A DNA stretch of 64,000 nt. Source: Stegostoma tigrinum. Lineage: Eukaryota. Positions 25,943-39,388 of this stretch are shown one piece after another. A model generated the notes under the pieces. The model was not told the DNA's origin, did not search any database, and worked only from the letters and a program-made list of their open reading frames with translations. The stretch covers positions 20,358,629-20,422,628 of the forward strand of contig NC_081391.1 in the NCBI RefSeq assembly GCF_030684315.1, given 5' to 3'. Positions within the stretch are counted from its first letter, which is position 1, and every line of letters starts with the position of its first letter. Position numbers and translations under genes: made by a program.

Positions 25943-27026
25943 ATGATGCAAAGAGTAGTGATAAACGTGTCCCCTTCGGAATGGCAGGCAGTGACCAGTG
26001 GGGTACCACAAGGTTCGGTGCTGGGACCGCAGCTGTTTACGATATATATGAATGATATAGACGAAGACATTAAAAGTAGTATTAGCAAATTTGCTGATGA
26101 CACAAAGTTGGGTGGCAGTGTGAAATGTGAGGAGGATGTTATGAGAATACCGGGTGACTTGAACAGACGAGGTGAGTGGACGGATGCATGGCAGATGCAG
26201 TTTAATGTGGATAAATGTGTGGTTATACACTTTGGTGGCAGGAACAGGAAGGCAGATTACTATCTCAATGGAGTCAAGTTAGGTAAAGGGCAAGTGCAAC
26301 GAGATCTAGGTGTTCTTGTACATCAGTCAATGAAAGCAAGCATGCAGGTACAGCAGGCAGTGAAGAAAGCTAATAGCATGCTGGCCTTCATAACAAGAGG
26401 AATTGAGTATAGGAGCAAAGAGGTCCTTCTACAGGTGTACAGGGCCCTGGTGAGACCGCACCTGGAGTATTGTGTGCAGTTTTGGTCTCCAAATTTGAGG
26501 AAGGATGTTCTTGCTATTGAGGGAGTGCAGCGTAGGTTCACAAGGGCAATTCCCAGAATGGCGGGACTATCATATGTTAAAAGATTGGAGCGACTGGGCT
26601 TGTATACACTTGAGTTTAGAAGGCTGAGAGGGGATCTGATTGAGGCAGATAAGATTCCTAAGGGATTGGACACTCTGGAGGCAGGAAGCATGTTTCCGCT
26701 GATGGGTGAGTCCAGAACCAGAGGACACAGTTTAAACATAATGGGTAGGCCATTTAGAACAGAGTTGAGGAAAAATGTCTTCACCCAGAGAGTGGTGGAT
26801 ATATGGAATGCTCTTCCCCAGGAGGCAGTGGAGGCCAACTCTCTGGATACTTTCAAGAAAGAGATGGATAGAGCTCTTAAAGGTAGTGGGATCAAGGGAT
26901 ATGGGGATAAGGCTGGAACAGGATACTGATTGTGGATGATCAGCCATGATCGTAATGAATGGTGGTGCTGGCTCGAAGGGCCGAATGGCCTACTCCAGCA
27001 CCTATTGTCTATTGTCTACTGTCTGT
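25943..27026 (+). mobile_element. Young 5'-truncated CR1 LINE (RT C-terminal half, 3' UTR and repeat tail)
   Basis: Uninterrupted frame to 26929 with SGVPQGSVLGP, KFADDTKL and LEYCVQFWSP motifs. Tail of CTATTGT-type repeats at ~27001-27026. Absent at the paralogous sites near 7985 and 46805. Confidence 0.93.
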
Positions 27027-29258
27027 CCCTTCTGTGAAGAGGCTGTTTCTGACATTATCCTGGACAGTTTAGCTCTAATTTGAAGATTCTATTTCCATTC
27101 CATACGCTCAGTCCTAGAAGACCCATTGAGAAGAAACAATTCCTCTCAATCTACCCTGTCAAATCCACTAATGCTCTTAAAACTTCCAATTACCGCCGTT
27201 TCTTAACCTTCCATACTGAGGGACTCAGGCAAGCTGCCATCATCATTTAACCAGCTCTTTATCTCTGAGTTGATTCTGGAAATTCTCTGCTGCACCATCT
27301 TTAGGCCCAATCTGCCAAAAATGAGATCTCCAGAGGTGGTTGAACCAGAACTTGACAATTTCATAAAGAACCTCCACCCAGAGGTGTTCAAATCCCTTTT
27401 GAGATCAGGACTGACATTGAATTAATTTCTTTGTTCAGTGTTTTTATATCTCGTCTCTAGTTTCAAAACATTTCTGTCCACTTGTCTCAGTTTCATTTTG
27501 ATCATTAGCTTTGACAACCCAGCAGAAGATGTCCCCATTTCTAAAACACTCTGACTCATCTTTCTTGGTCAGAAGTGGATAACTTCACACTTCCCCTTAT
27601 TGAACTGTATCAGCCAGTCTTCCCAACTCCATGGAAGTTTGAAACATTCTACTGTCATGTTCAAGTGCCACTTGATGTAATGCCATCAGCAAATATTTGA
27701 ATTGTGGCTGTCCATTTCTTCATCTCGAACATTTATAATCCAAGGAAAAGTTAAGGCCCCAGTTTCTCTCCTTGGGGAAAGTAATCTCATCTTGCTTTTT
27801 CTTTTATTACCTCATGGGATGAAGGTGTTGTTGGCTGGCCCAGCATTTATTGCACTTCCCTAATTATTATTGTCTTCTTGAATTGCTGTTGTCCATTTTG
27901 TGAGGGGAGATCCATAATGCCATTTTGGACAGAATTCCAGGATTCAGATGGTATGACTGTAGATTGAGTTTTGCCTCATGAGCTTCATTGCGTATTTTGA
28001 AGAAGTGATGAAGAGCAATGATGAGGGCAGAGTGGTGGGCGTGATCTCCATGGACTGCAATGAAGCGTTTGACAATGTTGCTCATAGTAAGCTGTTTAGC
28101 AAAGTGAGATCACATGGAATCCATGGAGAATTATCCATTTGGATACAGAAATGGCTCAAAGGTGGAAGGCAAAGGGTGCTGGTAGAGGCAACAAAGTGTG
28201 GAGCTGGAGGAACACAGCAGGCCAGGCAGCATCAGAGGAGCAGGAAAGCTGTTGTTTCGGGTTGAGACCCTTCAGAAATCGCGAGGGGGTGGGGGAGGGG
28301 AAGCTCTGAAATAAAGAGGAAGGGTGGGACTGGGAAGGTAGGTGGGATGGTGATGGGTAAGTACAGGTAGGGAGTGGTCAGTGAGGTGGGAGAGAAGATG
28401 AACATGAACAGGTCAAGGAGGTGGGGATTGGTCATGGGATGAGGAGATTTTGAAGTTAATAAGGTTCACATTTAGTGTCTTGGGCTGTAAGCTCCCAAGG
28501 CAGAATGAGGTGCTACTCCTCCAGTTTGAGGATGACATTGGCGTGATACTGGAGGATGCCCAAGATGGACAGGTCAGCCATGGAGTGGGAGGCGGGATGG
28601 TAAAACATTTTGTGATTGGAAAATGTTGTTTTTCGTTGCACATTGAGCGCAGATGCTCTAGAGAAACTGTTTCCCTCATCTAGCGGCGGCCACATCGGGT
28701 GCAGCCGATACAATAGACCAACTTCAAACATGTGCAGGTTATCCCCGTCTGATGTTGAAGGTTTGTTTGTTTTTTTATTTTGAATGGAGACACGGCGGGG
28801 GTGGGGGTTGCGGGAGGTGGTGCTCAGGTGTAGCTTTTCCGACAGTTGAAGGGAACAGGGCTGGGGTTAATGGGGAGTTCAGAGTGGATGAGGGAGTGGC
28901 AAGGATACAGGTGTAGCGGTACTGGGGTCCCCATAGTGAGAGGGGCCATGGGTGCCCTTACAAGCCTAAGCTATGCCTGCTTCTGTCAGATATGTGGAAC
29001 AGTCCCTCTTGTGCTGCCAGACTGGCACTATCCCCTACCTCTTCCTTACTCATAGATTGACAGTAAATAGCCAGCTACATTGCTGTGTGGGTGGTGAGTC
29101 AGCTGTCGGCCAACTGCAAACCTTCCCTGAAAGGGTTAGAAAAGTTTAGAACTGCTGAGTGTTGGCCTTTCAGCCAATTAAGCGAAATGTCTCTTCTCTC
29201 TTCCACTCTTTCCCCCTCCTTTCTATCTCCTCTCTCCCTGCCTCCACCCCCTGCCCAA

Positions 29259-29327
29259 AGCCTGGATGCAATGCAGGGAACTCTGCAGAGAGAGAAGAAG
29301 GTGAACCAGAGTCTACAGGATCTCCAT
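29259..29327 (+). pseudogene. Plus-strand relic of ferritin exon 3 (best preserved copy)
   Basis: Translates SLDAMQGTLQREKKVNQSLQDLH versus [23 protein letters not shown], 16 of 23 residues identical by manual count. Confidence 0.8.
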
Positions 29328-30217
29328 GTCTGCAAATGTAGCTTTAATTGCACCCGCTGTCCTCAGCAGTTGATTGCTGGAGCAAGAACAGGAACTATGC
29401 CACATTTGTCCCACAAGCTACAAGGTGGGCATTGAGGATAGGAGACACTGTTACAGGAGAGAGCAGATTCCTCACTCAGTCTCCTACAGTGGAGAGTTGT
29501 TAGAAAATCCAATTCCTTAGCTTGGGAAACTAGAACAGTGGTGTATTGCTTGTTCAAAGAAGCATGGAAAAACATGTAATGCACATGCCAGATGCTATTG
29601 CTGTTCCTTTTTTATTAAAAAAGTATTTTTTTAATGCTTGGATTCTGCTAATCAAGTTAAGTGAAGGTTACTAGCAAAACTGAGGTCCGGCAGCACCTGT
29701 GGGTAGACTTCAGTTGAGGAGTCATCAGACTCAAACATTAACCGGTGGATGAACAAATGCAGAGTTGCACCTGCCCCACTGACTCTAGCCGTTTGTATTG
29801 TGTTTGATCCCAGCTTTTAGGAAAGTTGGAGCATTGCTAGGGACAGGGCACCAGTTAAGTGACTAACAGTTAGAATGGAGCAATTTTGGCGAAGCTATTG
29901 ACTGGAGCCTGCTCTTACAGAACTGTCACCGTGAGCACTGCTTAAAAGCCAAAAGCTTAACAGTTTGATTTCCACAACAGTTACTCATTTAAAAAATTCT
30001 TATGACTCAGGACTCAGAAACTGAACAAAAATTGCCAGAGCAAGCATTGATTCAACGCAGAGAGCAAAAAGCCAAAGCGATTTAATAATCAGGTAAAAAG
30101 CAGCCAAATAAGTGTAGTCAGATACATGGGCAATGTTTTCATTTTGTGCAGAGTGTGCAAAAAAAAGTCATGCACTCGAACACCAGTGTACAACAAATGG
30201 AGTTGTTGAATCCCCAT

Positions 30218-31975
30218 TCAGCTCAGGCTGAGCCTGTCAAACAGATACTCTCCTTTGCCCTTCTGAGGGGCTCCCAGTCTCTTCAGGTTGGTGATGTGAT
30301 CTCCCAGCTTCTTGATCATCTTCACTTGCTCATCCAAGTAGTGCGTCTCCAGGAAGTCACAGCTGGAAGAACAGACAAGTTAGTTGAGTCCATTGAAGAC
30401 ATTTGGAAGTGACCCTCAATTCAGATCTAACAAATCAATACCATGTTGAGGGAGAGGGGCACTCTGGTGATTCATTTGGACTGTTGTAGATTTGACAGTC
30501 TGCAGGAGGCAGTTATGAGACATTTGTATTCCCCCTCCCCCCAGGAGTAGACAAACAGATCACTTTCAGGTTGGAAACATTCATCTTTCCTGTAATTTGA
30601 AAGTCATCCTGGTAGTTTGTTGCTCTAAAGGCCATCAGCCCTACATGCTGAATTTAGCAGTGAAAGGCAAGGAAGCTTCTTGGAGAGAAAGTGAGGAACT
30701 CACATGAGGGTCTGTGTGGCCAGAGGAGAGATTGTGCAGATCCAGCAGACTCTGGTTCACATCCTTCTCCTTCTGCAGAGCTCCCTGCCTTGCCTCCAGG
30801 CCATTGCCATGGTCAGGCTTCTGAAGCGGCAGCGTGGGGGTGGATGGTAAGAGACAAGACACATCACTTAAAACGCAAGAAACCAGTGAAAAAAGCAACA
30901 AGACCTCCATCTCATTAGGAGAGTGTACAACAGCTAAGAGATTATATCCAAAGCATTAAAATGCTATAATATTCAGAGCTTAAAACAGCCTTCTTCAGGA
31001 CAAAATGACATTTCATTAAACCCAATCTTCATGTCCTACTAGAGGAGCATGCACCCACATTCTGGAATGCCATCAGTTTCTCAGCTGTTCCCATTCCTTC
31101 GAGGAACAGTGCCATGAGAACTCAAAGTGACACAGGACAACATCTTCCCAGTAAAAGTGAAAGGATTGTAAACAGGGAAACCCATTGGGGTTTGTTGTTA
31201 AAGATCCTTCTCTACCTGAAATGCTTCTTCAGTCAGGCCTGCAGGTTCTGGAAGGGAAAGCCTCCCTTGTCAATCACAACAAAAACAACACCAGAATATG
31301 TGGAGGTTGAGTTTCTTGCCTTGTGAAGCAGGAGGGAAGGGAAAGGATCATCTTCCTACAAGTTGGGTCTTGAATATTTCATACTTGACACAAAATATTA
31401 CGCATTAAAATAAAACCTCATCATTCCAAAAGGCCATATGGGTAGGGAAAATGGCTCAGCTTCAGCAAGGAAACCTTCCAACACAGAACAGGATTCTCAG
31501 CTCTGGAGTGAACTTGCAGAGTTTATTAGTGAAGTATTGACAGCAAATAGAACTCAGGATTGTGATAGTGTTCCTCCCTCTGGGATGGAGGTCCAGGGTC
31601 ACATACGCTCTAGAAGTCAGACATATTAACTCTAGACTGATTAACACTATTCAATAGAATAAATCCAATTACATTGTACAGAAAAACACCCACAGACTTC
31701 CCAGGTCATACATCAAGATCAAACCATTAAAAGATTATTCACTTCTCAAGGTCAGGGAAAGGCCACAGAAGATTCTAAAATATGAATTGAATGATGCAGA
31801 GAGACGCTACACCCACAATACATTGAGGCCACAGCTTTAAATCTGAAATAAATCCAGAGAACACCATTATCACCATGGAAAGGTAAACATGGGAGAAAGA
31901 AAGCACCAGGGTGATCTGCTTGTTAACAACACCCACACAGGCCTTGTGTTGGATCTGCCACACTTGGGAGGGCAT
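30218..31975 (-). pseudogene. Ferritin D-type pseudogene D2
   Basis: Exon 1 31874-31975 (E27V). The exon 2 remnant (~31027-31165) has lost both donor and acceptor and carries stops and indels. Exon 3 30704-30820 is 117 nt. Exon 4 30218-30362 has a 2-nt deletion giving CTG TGA. TATA 32043-32050. Confidence 0.92.
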
Positions 31976-33471
31976 CTTCACTATTGCTGCTCACAATCAC
32001 TTGAACAACTCTAGAACTAAGTCTCCCTACCACAAGCTCTTGTATTTATACTCCTGGAAAACATCCTTCACCCAACCAGGAAATGTCATCACTAACAATG
32101 ATTGGTTGTCAGAGATTGTCAATCAGGAATCTGCAAGAACCCAGGCACCAATGAACAAGGAGAGGGGGTGTGGGGCAATGTGCTGAGACCCAGAGTCAAT
32201 CAGAGATTTGGGCAACAGTCAGGTTGAGATTATTATTCTGTGATAATGAGAGCACTTAGCCTCTCAAGCCTGTTCCCCCATTCAACTGGATCAGTGCGAG
32301 TCTGTCTTTTCTTTGAATATCTTTGCCTGGGTTCTGCATCGCGTCATATTCTGAACTAACACAGCTCACCAAATCAGTTTTGAAATGTCCAAGGGGCTTG
32401 CAGAATGTTGGGAGTGATAATGTTATGTTTGAGATTAAGCATCATCACTGCTTACCATAGCTTTGATCTGAAGATTATTCCCCCTTTTCCAGGATTATTT
32501 CACCACAGGAAACAGTACATTCTCTAACGGCATGATTAGATCCATTAGGAATCCAAAGTACCTGGATAATGTTCGTTCTCGAGTCTTCCACAATCTTTCA
32601 AGGACAAGGCTAGTTGATGTAAACTGTATTCATGATGTAACCAGCTTGGGGCTGAGAAAATGCTGGTGAATCTGTGCTAAGGTTCCTCAAATAACCCTGT
32701 CAGAACTCAGCACAGCGCTCCAAATGTGCTCTGATGCCACTTCTATGCTGTTGTAATACAACGCATGACGTTTTGTTGTCCAGCCGGCTTGGGGGAAAGT
32801 GAGCACGTTCTGGCCTTTTTAATTCGGCTTTCATATCTGCCCACTGCCACACGGTTATTACGGTGCTGATGGCGACCATTCGGCCCATCGTATCCACCAC
32901 CAACTCGCTGAGCGTTTCACCTCTTGCCATTCTCCTGCACTGTCCCTGTAATCTCCATGTTATTCCCTTTCAGATATCAGTCCTATTCCCTTTTGAATGC
33001 GTGAATTGAACCTGCCTCCAACACACTCTCGGACTATACATTTCACACCCTATCCACGCGCTGTGTTGGAAGGTTTTTATTTTCGCAGATCACTTCAGCT
33101 TCTTTTGCCAATTTCAAACCTGTGCCTTCTTGCTCCTGACCCTTTCACAAATGGGAACATCATGCCACTGTTTGTTCTTTCTGGATCCGTATTTGCGCCG
33201 TTTGCTTTCCAGAGAGACAAGTCCCAGCCTATCCAATATATCCTCACACCTGAAATTCCTCATTCCTGGAGCCATTCCAGGAAGCCTCCTCTGCACTCTC
33301 TCCAGTACGTCCACTCTTTCCTTCAGGTGTGATGTGCAGAACGAGACACAGTATTCCTGTTGGAGTCAAACTTAAGCAGGTTCAGCATAATCACCTTGCT
33401 CTTGTACACTTGCCCCTACTAATAAAGCTCAGGGCACTGTGAGCTTTGTAAACGATTCTCTTAAACAGTCC

Positions 33472-34846
33472 TCAGAGATAATGGGAACTGCAGGTGCTGG
33501 AGAATCTGAGATAACAAAGCGTTGAGCTGGATGAACACAGCAGGCCGAGCAGCATCTTAGGAGCACAAAAGATGACGTTTTGGGCCTAGACCGTTCATCA
33601 GAAAAGGGGGATGGGGAGGGAACTCTGAAATAAATAGGGAGAGGGGTAGGCGGACTGAAGAAGAATAGAGGAGAAGGTAGGTGGAGAGGAGAGTATGGGT
33701 GGGGAGGTAGGGAGGGGATAGGTCAGTCCGGGGAGGACGGACAGGTCAAAGGGGCCGGGTGAGGTTAAGAGGTAGGAAATTGAGGTGTGGCTTGAGGTAG
33801 CAGGAGGGTCTAGGTGAGAGGAAGAACAGGTTAGGGAGGCTGGGATGAGCTGGGCTGGTTTTGGGATGCAGTTGGGGAAGGGGAGATTTTGAAGCTGGTG
33901 AAATTCACATTGATACCATTGGGCTGCAGAGTTCCCAAGCGGAATATGAGTTGCTGTTCCTGCAACCTACGGGTGGCATCATTATGGCACTGCAGGAAGA
34001 CCAGGATGGACATGTTGTCTCAGGAACGGGAGGGGGAGTTGAAATGGTTCGCGACTGGGAGGTGCAGTTGTTTACTGCAAACTGAGCGTAGGTGTGCTGC
34101 AAAGTGGTCCCCAAACCTCTGCTGAGTTTCCCCAATGTAGAGGAAGCCATGCCGTGTACAGCAGATGCAGTATACCACATTGGCGGATGTGCAGGTGAAC
34201 ATCTGTTTGATGTGGAAAGTCATCTTGGGGCCTGGGATGGGGGTGAGGGAGGAGGTGTGGGGGGCAGGTGTAGCACTTCCTGCGTTGTAGCGGAAAGTGC
34301 TGGGTGTGGTGGGGTTTGACGGGAATGTGGAATGGATGAGCGTGGAGCGGACAAGGGAGTCGCGGAGAGAGTGGTCTCTCTGAAGGCAGACAATGATGGG
34401 GATGGAAAAATGTCTTTGGAAGTGGAGTTGGATTGTAGATGGTAGAAGTGTCGGAGGATGATGATTTGTATCCAGAGGTTAGTGGGGTGGTATGTGAGGA
34501 CGAGGGGGAATCCTCTTGGGGAAGTTATTGTGAGGGTGGTGTGTGAGGAAATAATTGCAGGAAATGCGGGAGACACGATTGAGGACATTCTCGCTCAAAA
34601 CAAGGAGGAATTGGCAAGTGGCAGTCCTGGAAGAACGAAGACATTTGGGATGTGCAGGAGTGGAATGCCTCTCCTTGGAGCAGAGGCAAAGGAATTGGGA
34701 ATAGGGGATGGAGTTTTTGCAGGAAGGTGGGTTGGAGGAGGTGTATTCCAGGTAGCTGGGGGAAGTCGGTGGGCTCGAAATGGACATTGGTTTGTCGGTG
34801 GTTGCCTGCGATGGAGACAGAAAGGTGAGGAATGTGTTGGAGGTGG
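33472..34846 (-). mobile_element. Penelope-like element (duplicate of 1610-2985)
   Basis: Same GIY-YIG ORF fragments and the same GAAA-to-AAAA hammerhead mutation. Confidence 0.85.
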
Positions 34847-36252
34847 TCCTTCCACGATGTAATGCAATTACACCATGCAGTTCACTCACTCCTGCACCCT
34901 CTTTAGAAATGCACCTTTTATTTTGTATTATCTCTACCTGCTTTTCCCACCATTTTTTCTGCTTTGAACTTCATCTGCCACTTGCGTGCCCATTCCACCA
35001 ATATGTCTGTGCCCTTGTGAGGTTCTACACCATGGCCGTCACGCTAAGTTTCTTATCCTGTACAAAGTATGAAATTGCATCTTTTATACCAAGGTCTAAG
35101 TCATTAGTTTGCTTTTGCAAAAGCCTGGTTCCTCCCCCTAACCCGTGGAACTCCACTACAAACCATCCCCCTCGTCCAGAGAGCATCCATTAGCAGCACT
35201 TCTGTTTCTAGTAATGTGTAACTCGTCAAAGTGACGAGCATCTACTCCTTCACTTGTCCCATTTGGAAAGTGAATGAAAAGCTGATGCAAAAGGACAATG
35301 CATCTAGAAGTTGTAGCCTCTCAGTGTTCATAATGTATTGAACCTACTAATTTCCAATTTTGAAACTAGTCCTCAAGCAAACTTAAGAAATCTACTCCCC
35401 ACCCAAGTCCCCTAACCTGCCATTTCTAAATGGATGCTGTATATGTTGCTTGGCTTCTATTCAAGCAGAGGTTCAGAATGTTGGAGCTGAAAAAAGTTCA
35501 CAAACAGGACCTCTCCTCCTCAGCAATTTCTGAACCCTGTTCCCCTGCTGAGAGCTTCACTTCAGACAAACAAGAGGAAAAGAAGTGACCCAAACAATGA
35601 TTGGCTGCTGTGCATATAAAGCTATTGGGAGGTATGGAAGGGTAGGAGGAAGTAGGAAGTAATGAGGAATCAGGTGGGGGTGGGGGTGTTGAAGAAGAAA
35701 GGCAGAAGAGCTTGGATTCCAACTCTGATTCCTTGAAATCATTCATCTGCTAAACCTCAGGGCCCAAAATTAAAAACCAAACAAATCCACAAGCTGCAGT
35801 TGGGAAGGTGTGGGACAGCCCTTACAGTCTGCAAACTTAAAGAGTTTACTGACCCTTACTGCTGTTGGAAAACGGGTAGAGGAAGCACCTAGTGTCTAGT
35901 GTCATCCAGAGAAGAAAGTCCTAGCACTAAGTGGTACACACCTGGAAGGCTAATGTAACACTAAAAAGCAAACACCTCACGTACATTTTCATATGGCAAA
36001 TTTGTATGTTCCATGTGTGCATACAATTTATGCTACCTTTAGAGGAAGATATAGAAGTGAGTGAAATTTCTATTGTGGATTTTTTCAGTCAAGTTTCCTG
36101 GTTAGCTGTTGGTAATTTAGGTAGTTTTAAAACAAAGATCCAAAATCCAGTTCCACAAATACTTGTATTTCCATTTGGAATGGCAGACAGAAAAAGGCAA
36201 AGTGTTTGTCAGAATTAGGTCACAAATGGACCAGTTTCTTCTATAACCCCAT

Positions 36253-38441
36253 TCAGCTGAGTGAGAGCCTGTCAAACAGGTACTCTCCCATGCCATTGGC
36301 AGGGGCTCCCAGTCTCTTCAGGTTGGTGATGTGATCTCCCAGCTTCTTGATCATCTTCACTTGCTCATCCAAGTAGTGCCTCTCCAGGAAGTCACACAGC
36401 TGGAGAAAGAAAAGAAATGAGTAGCTCACTAAACAGAAAGCATCTTGGTACTTCAAATGCTCTGTGCTATGTGAATAGGTACATTTAACCTCAAGGACCA
36501 ATGCTTGATCACCTTCAGACATTAAAAAAAGAGAGAGAGATTGTGAAGTACTCACATGAGGGTCCTTGTGGCCAGAGGCGAGTTTGTGCAGATCCAGCAG
36601 ACTCTGGTTCACATCCTTCTCCATCTGCAGAGCTCTCTGCATTGCCTCCAGACCATGGCCCCACTCATCCTGCTCTGGCTTCTGGAAGAAGGGTTTTGTT
36701 AGTCAGAAGCTGCTATGGGCTTCTGTACTAGAACTAAAGGCTGTGCCTTTCAAGGTTAAAAAAGGCTTGAACCACATGTTGCAGATTGCCACCCTCCACT
36801 TTTGGAGAGAGGGGGGGGGGGGCATAACCTGCCACATCTTAAACATAAAAGAAATTCAGAATCAATGCACGTGTGATGTTAGTGCTGGAGCTTAAGTGCC
36901 TGATGCAGCATTTGAAGTCAGTCGCTCCCCCATACAAATGGGGAATTGTTGGAGTCAGTGAAGTACTAGACTATCCTACTGCCTAGTCAGTTCCAGCTGC
37001 AAATAAGGGAATGCAAAGCAAAATGTTGCCTTGCCCTAAGTGACTCCAGCCTGGATGTTTCCAATGGTCAATCGTTTAAGACCACCGGGATGATAGTGAA
37101 AAATCACTGGGCACTACAGTTGAATGAAACTTCAAACTCCTTTGCCATTTGAGCATTTTAGAATTCAATTAAATTCCTAAACACCACCCTATCCATGTGG
37201 ATGGAAACCTTGGTTAAGAAACCAAGCAGGTTTCTTAAAACCATGAATTTAAGTCAAGTACATGTCATACAGAGGAGTGCTCATCTCAATCAATTGCTTC
37301 TGATCACTCCACGAGCTCCATTGGATTAGAAAAAGCCAACAAAAACATTTCAGCCCATGCACTTGAACAGGTGCAGAATCAAAGATACAGGCTATCCAAA
37401 ACACACAGGCTTCTGTCAAACTAAACACTCAAGCTTTCCCCTTTTAAATTAAACAGGGGGGTTAAAAGCCCAACCTTGATGTCCTGCAGGAGGACTCGGC
37501 CTCCACGTTTATTCTGGAATGCCATCAGTCTCGCAGCATGTTCCCATTCCTCATGGGACTGCTCCTTGAAGAACTCAGCAAAGTGTCGCAGGGCAACATC
37601 GTCCCTGTCAAAGTCAGAGATCTGTGGAGGGAAGGATTGGACAGGAATCAATTAAAGTAGACCCAGAAATTCTAAAAGCCAAGGGCTTGGTTACTCATTC
37701 TCTACCTGGCTTCAAGTTAGAGACTTGGAATTTCAGTCAAATATATTGGCCTCAGCTAGTTTGAAATCTAGTCACATCTGACTACATGCAAACCCCATCC
37801 TTGTGTTTGGGGGATCATGTTAGGAAATAGTAGATGTTAAGAGGCCAGAGACAGCAGTAATTTTTGCCTTAGCATTCCACTTAATGCCACAAAGACTTGC
37901 TTCCCTCACTCATCAGGGAAGGGGTACAGAAGAACCATCTGAACAGCCCAGCATTGACTCCTCACATGGATTAGTAATGTCAGTTCAGGTAAGAAAGATC
38001 TAGTCAGTTTTGGGGGCAGTGAAAACAAGATTGATCGGCTAGTTCCTCACCCCAAGACAGCCTCAACATTCAGTTTTACCATTAAAGTAAGGAATTAGAT
38101 TGCTCATGTGGACTAGAATAATTCTTGTTGTCAAACCCACAGACACCTCAGATTTAGCCAGTTTAAAAGAACACGACAATGACAAGTTAGACAACAGACT
38201 TGTATCACAATTTACTTGGCAGGGGAGGCAGAGATTAGAATTAACCCTTAAATTACAGGTCACTAACACCAGAACTTGTTGCTCAGAATAGTGAATTATT
38301 AATAACTTTGAAAGAGTACCCAGAAGATACAGCACTCACCATGGAGAGGTAAACATAGGAGGAATAGAGCTCCAGGTTGATCTGCTTGTTAACAGCATCC
38401 TCACAGTCCTTGTGGTAGTTCTGACACACTCGGGAAACCAT
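36253..38441 (-). CDS. Ferritin heavy/middle-subunit-like gene, intact ORF, 173 aa (copy A2)
   Basis: Exons 38340-38441, 37475-37621, 36556-36681, 36253-36399, GT-AG, no stops. Substitutions include Q7R, ISD at the start of exon 2, R63W and GHG in exon 3. Confidence 0.92.
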
Positions 38442-38506
38442 CTTCACACCTACTTACAAAAAGCAAACTCAAACAACAGCCTAACCCCACCTCCCATGAG
38501 CTCTAG

Positions 38507-38660
38507 TATTTATGTGAATGGGAATCTGCATTCCAACAGGAAATGTTATCACCAATAGTGCTTGGCTATTAGGGATTTCCAATCAGGAAGCTCCCATGAA
38601 TACAGGCATTAATTAGGGGGAAGTGCTGGTGGGAGCTATGTACAAAGCAGAGCCAATCGG
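38507..38660 (-). promoter_or_regulatory. Distinct promoter type of A2 (CATAAATA, CCAAT boxes, kB-like sites)
   Basis: CATAAATA 38507-38514; CCAAT at ~38552, 38579 and 38653; GGGATTTCC 38572-38580; GGGAGCTTCC on the minus strand at 38586-38595. Inverted paralogue at ~60395-60546. Confidence 0.65.
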
Positions 38661-39039
38661 TTCATGAAGGCAGCTGAACCCCACCTTCTCAAGGGGAATC
38701 TAGCAATGTACAATAAATGCTGGCCCAGCCCATGACTGCCCTTGTCCTGCAAGTGAATACTCAAAAAAATTACAGTGCCGTAGGAGGACGCTTGGTCAAT
38801 TGTGCTGCACCAGATCCATTGTGCTCATCTCTTGCCATGTCCCTGCACATCACCACGATCCCAAAAGAAAACCCAATGTTCTCTTCAAAGCTTCAATTGT
38901 ACCTGCCTTCCCCACATCTCCAGGCAGCACATTGCACAAACTCTCCACATTCTGTGTAAAAATGTTTTTTTTCTCACTTCACCCTTGCTTTGTTTGCACA
39001 TCACTTTAACTATCCCCTCACGTATCTACTTTTTAAAAT

Positions 39040-39388
39040 TTGTGGACGGGATGAGGGCATTGCTGACTAGGCAGCATTTATTGCCCATCCCTAATTGCCC
39101 AGAGGGCAGTTAAGGGTCAACCACATTGCTGTGGGTTTGGAGTCTCATGTTGGCCATTTGGCAGTATGGCAAATGGCGGTTTCCTTCCCTAAAGGACATC
39201 AGAGGACCAGATGGATTTTTCCAACAATTGACAATGGACTCATGGTCATCGTTAGATTCTTAAACTCCAGATATTTATTGAAATCAAATTCCACCATTTA
39301 CCATGGTGGGATTTGAACCAAAGTCCCCAGAACATGATCTGGGTCTCTGGATTAACAGTCCACAATCATACCACGAGGCCATCGCCGA
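39040..39388 (-). mobile_element. tRNA-derived DeuSINE (SacSINE1-like)
   Basis: Head GGCGATGGCCTCGTGGTAT, central ATGTCCTTTAGGGAAGGAAA and CCCACAGCAATGTGGTTGAC motifs, tail GGGATGGGCAATAAATGCTG. Inverted paralogue at ~59312-59660 (+). Confidence 0.65.

Larger units (their letters stand above)
31862..38441 (+). repeat. Direct segmental duplicate of 1-6580 (offset 31861)
   Basis: Near letter-for-letter match, including the D exon 1, CR1, PLE and A-type gene body. Similarity stops at the start codon of exon 1. Confidence 0.95.

Noticed and set aside
25928-26929. 333-aa ORF as a host gene
   Set aside because: It is a 5'-truncated CR1 ORF2 with no proper start, a CR1 3' UTR and tail, and empty paralogous sites.
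28974-29005. IRE-like string CCTGCTTCTGTCAGATATGTGGAACAG (also near 9904 and 48737)
   Set aside because: It has no CAGUGN loop and is better explained as Penelope RT coding sequence (SYACLFVGYVEQSLF).
39154-39177. Local hairpin GCCATTTG...CAAATGGC
   Set aside because: It lies inside a SINE copy and recurs only in its duplicate; nothing supports an independent function.
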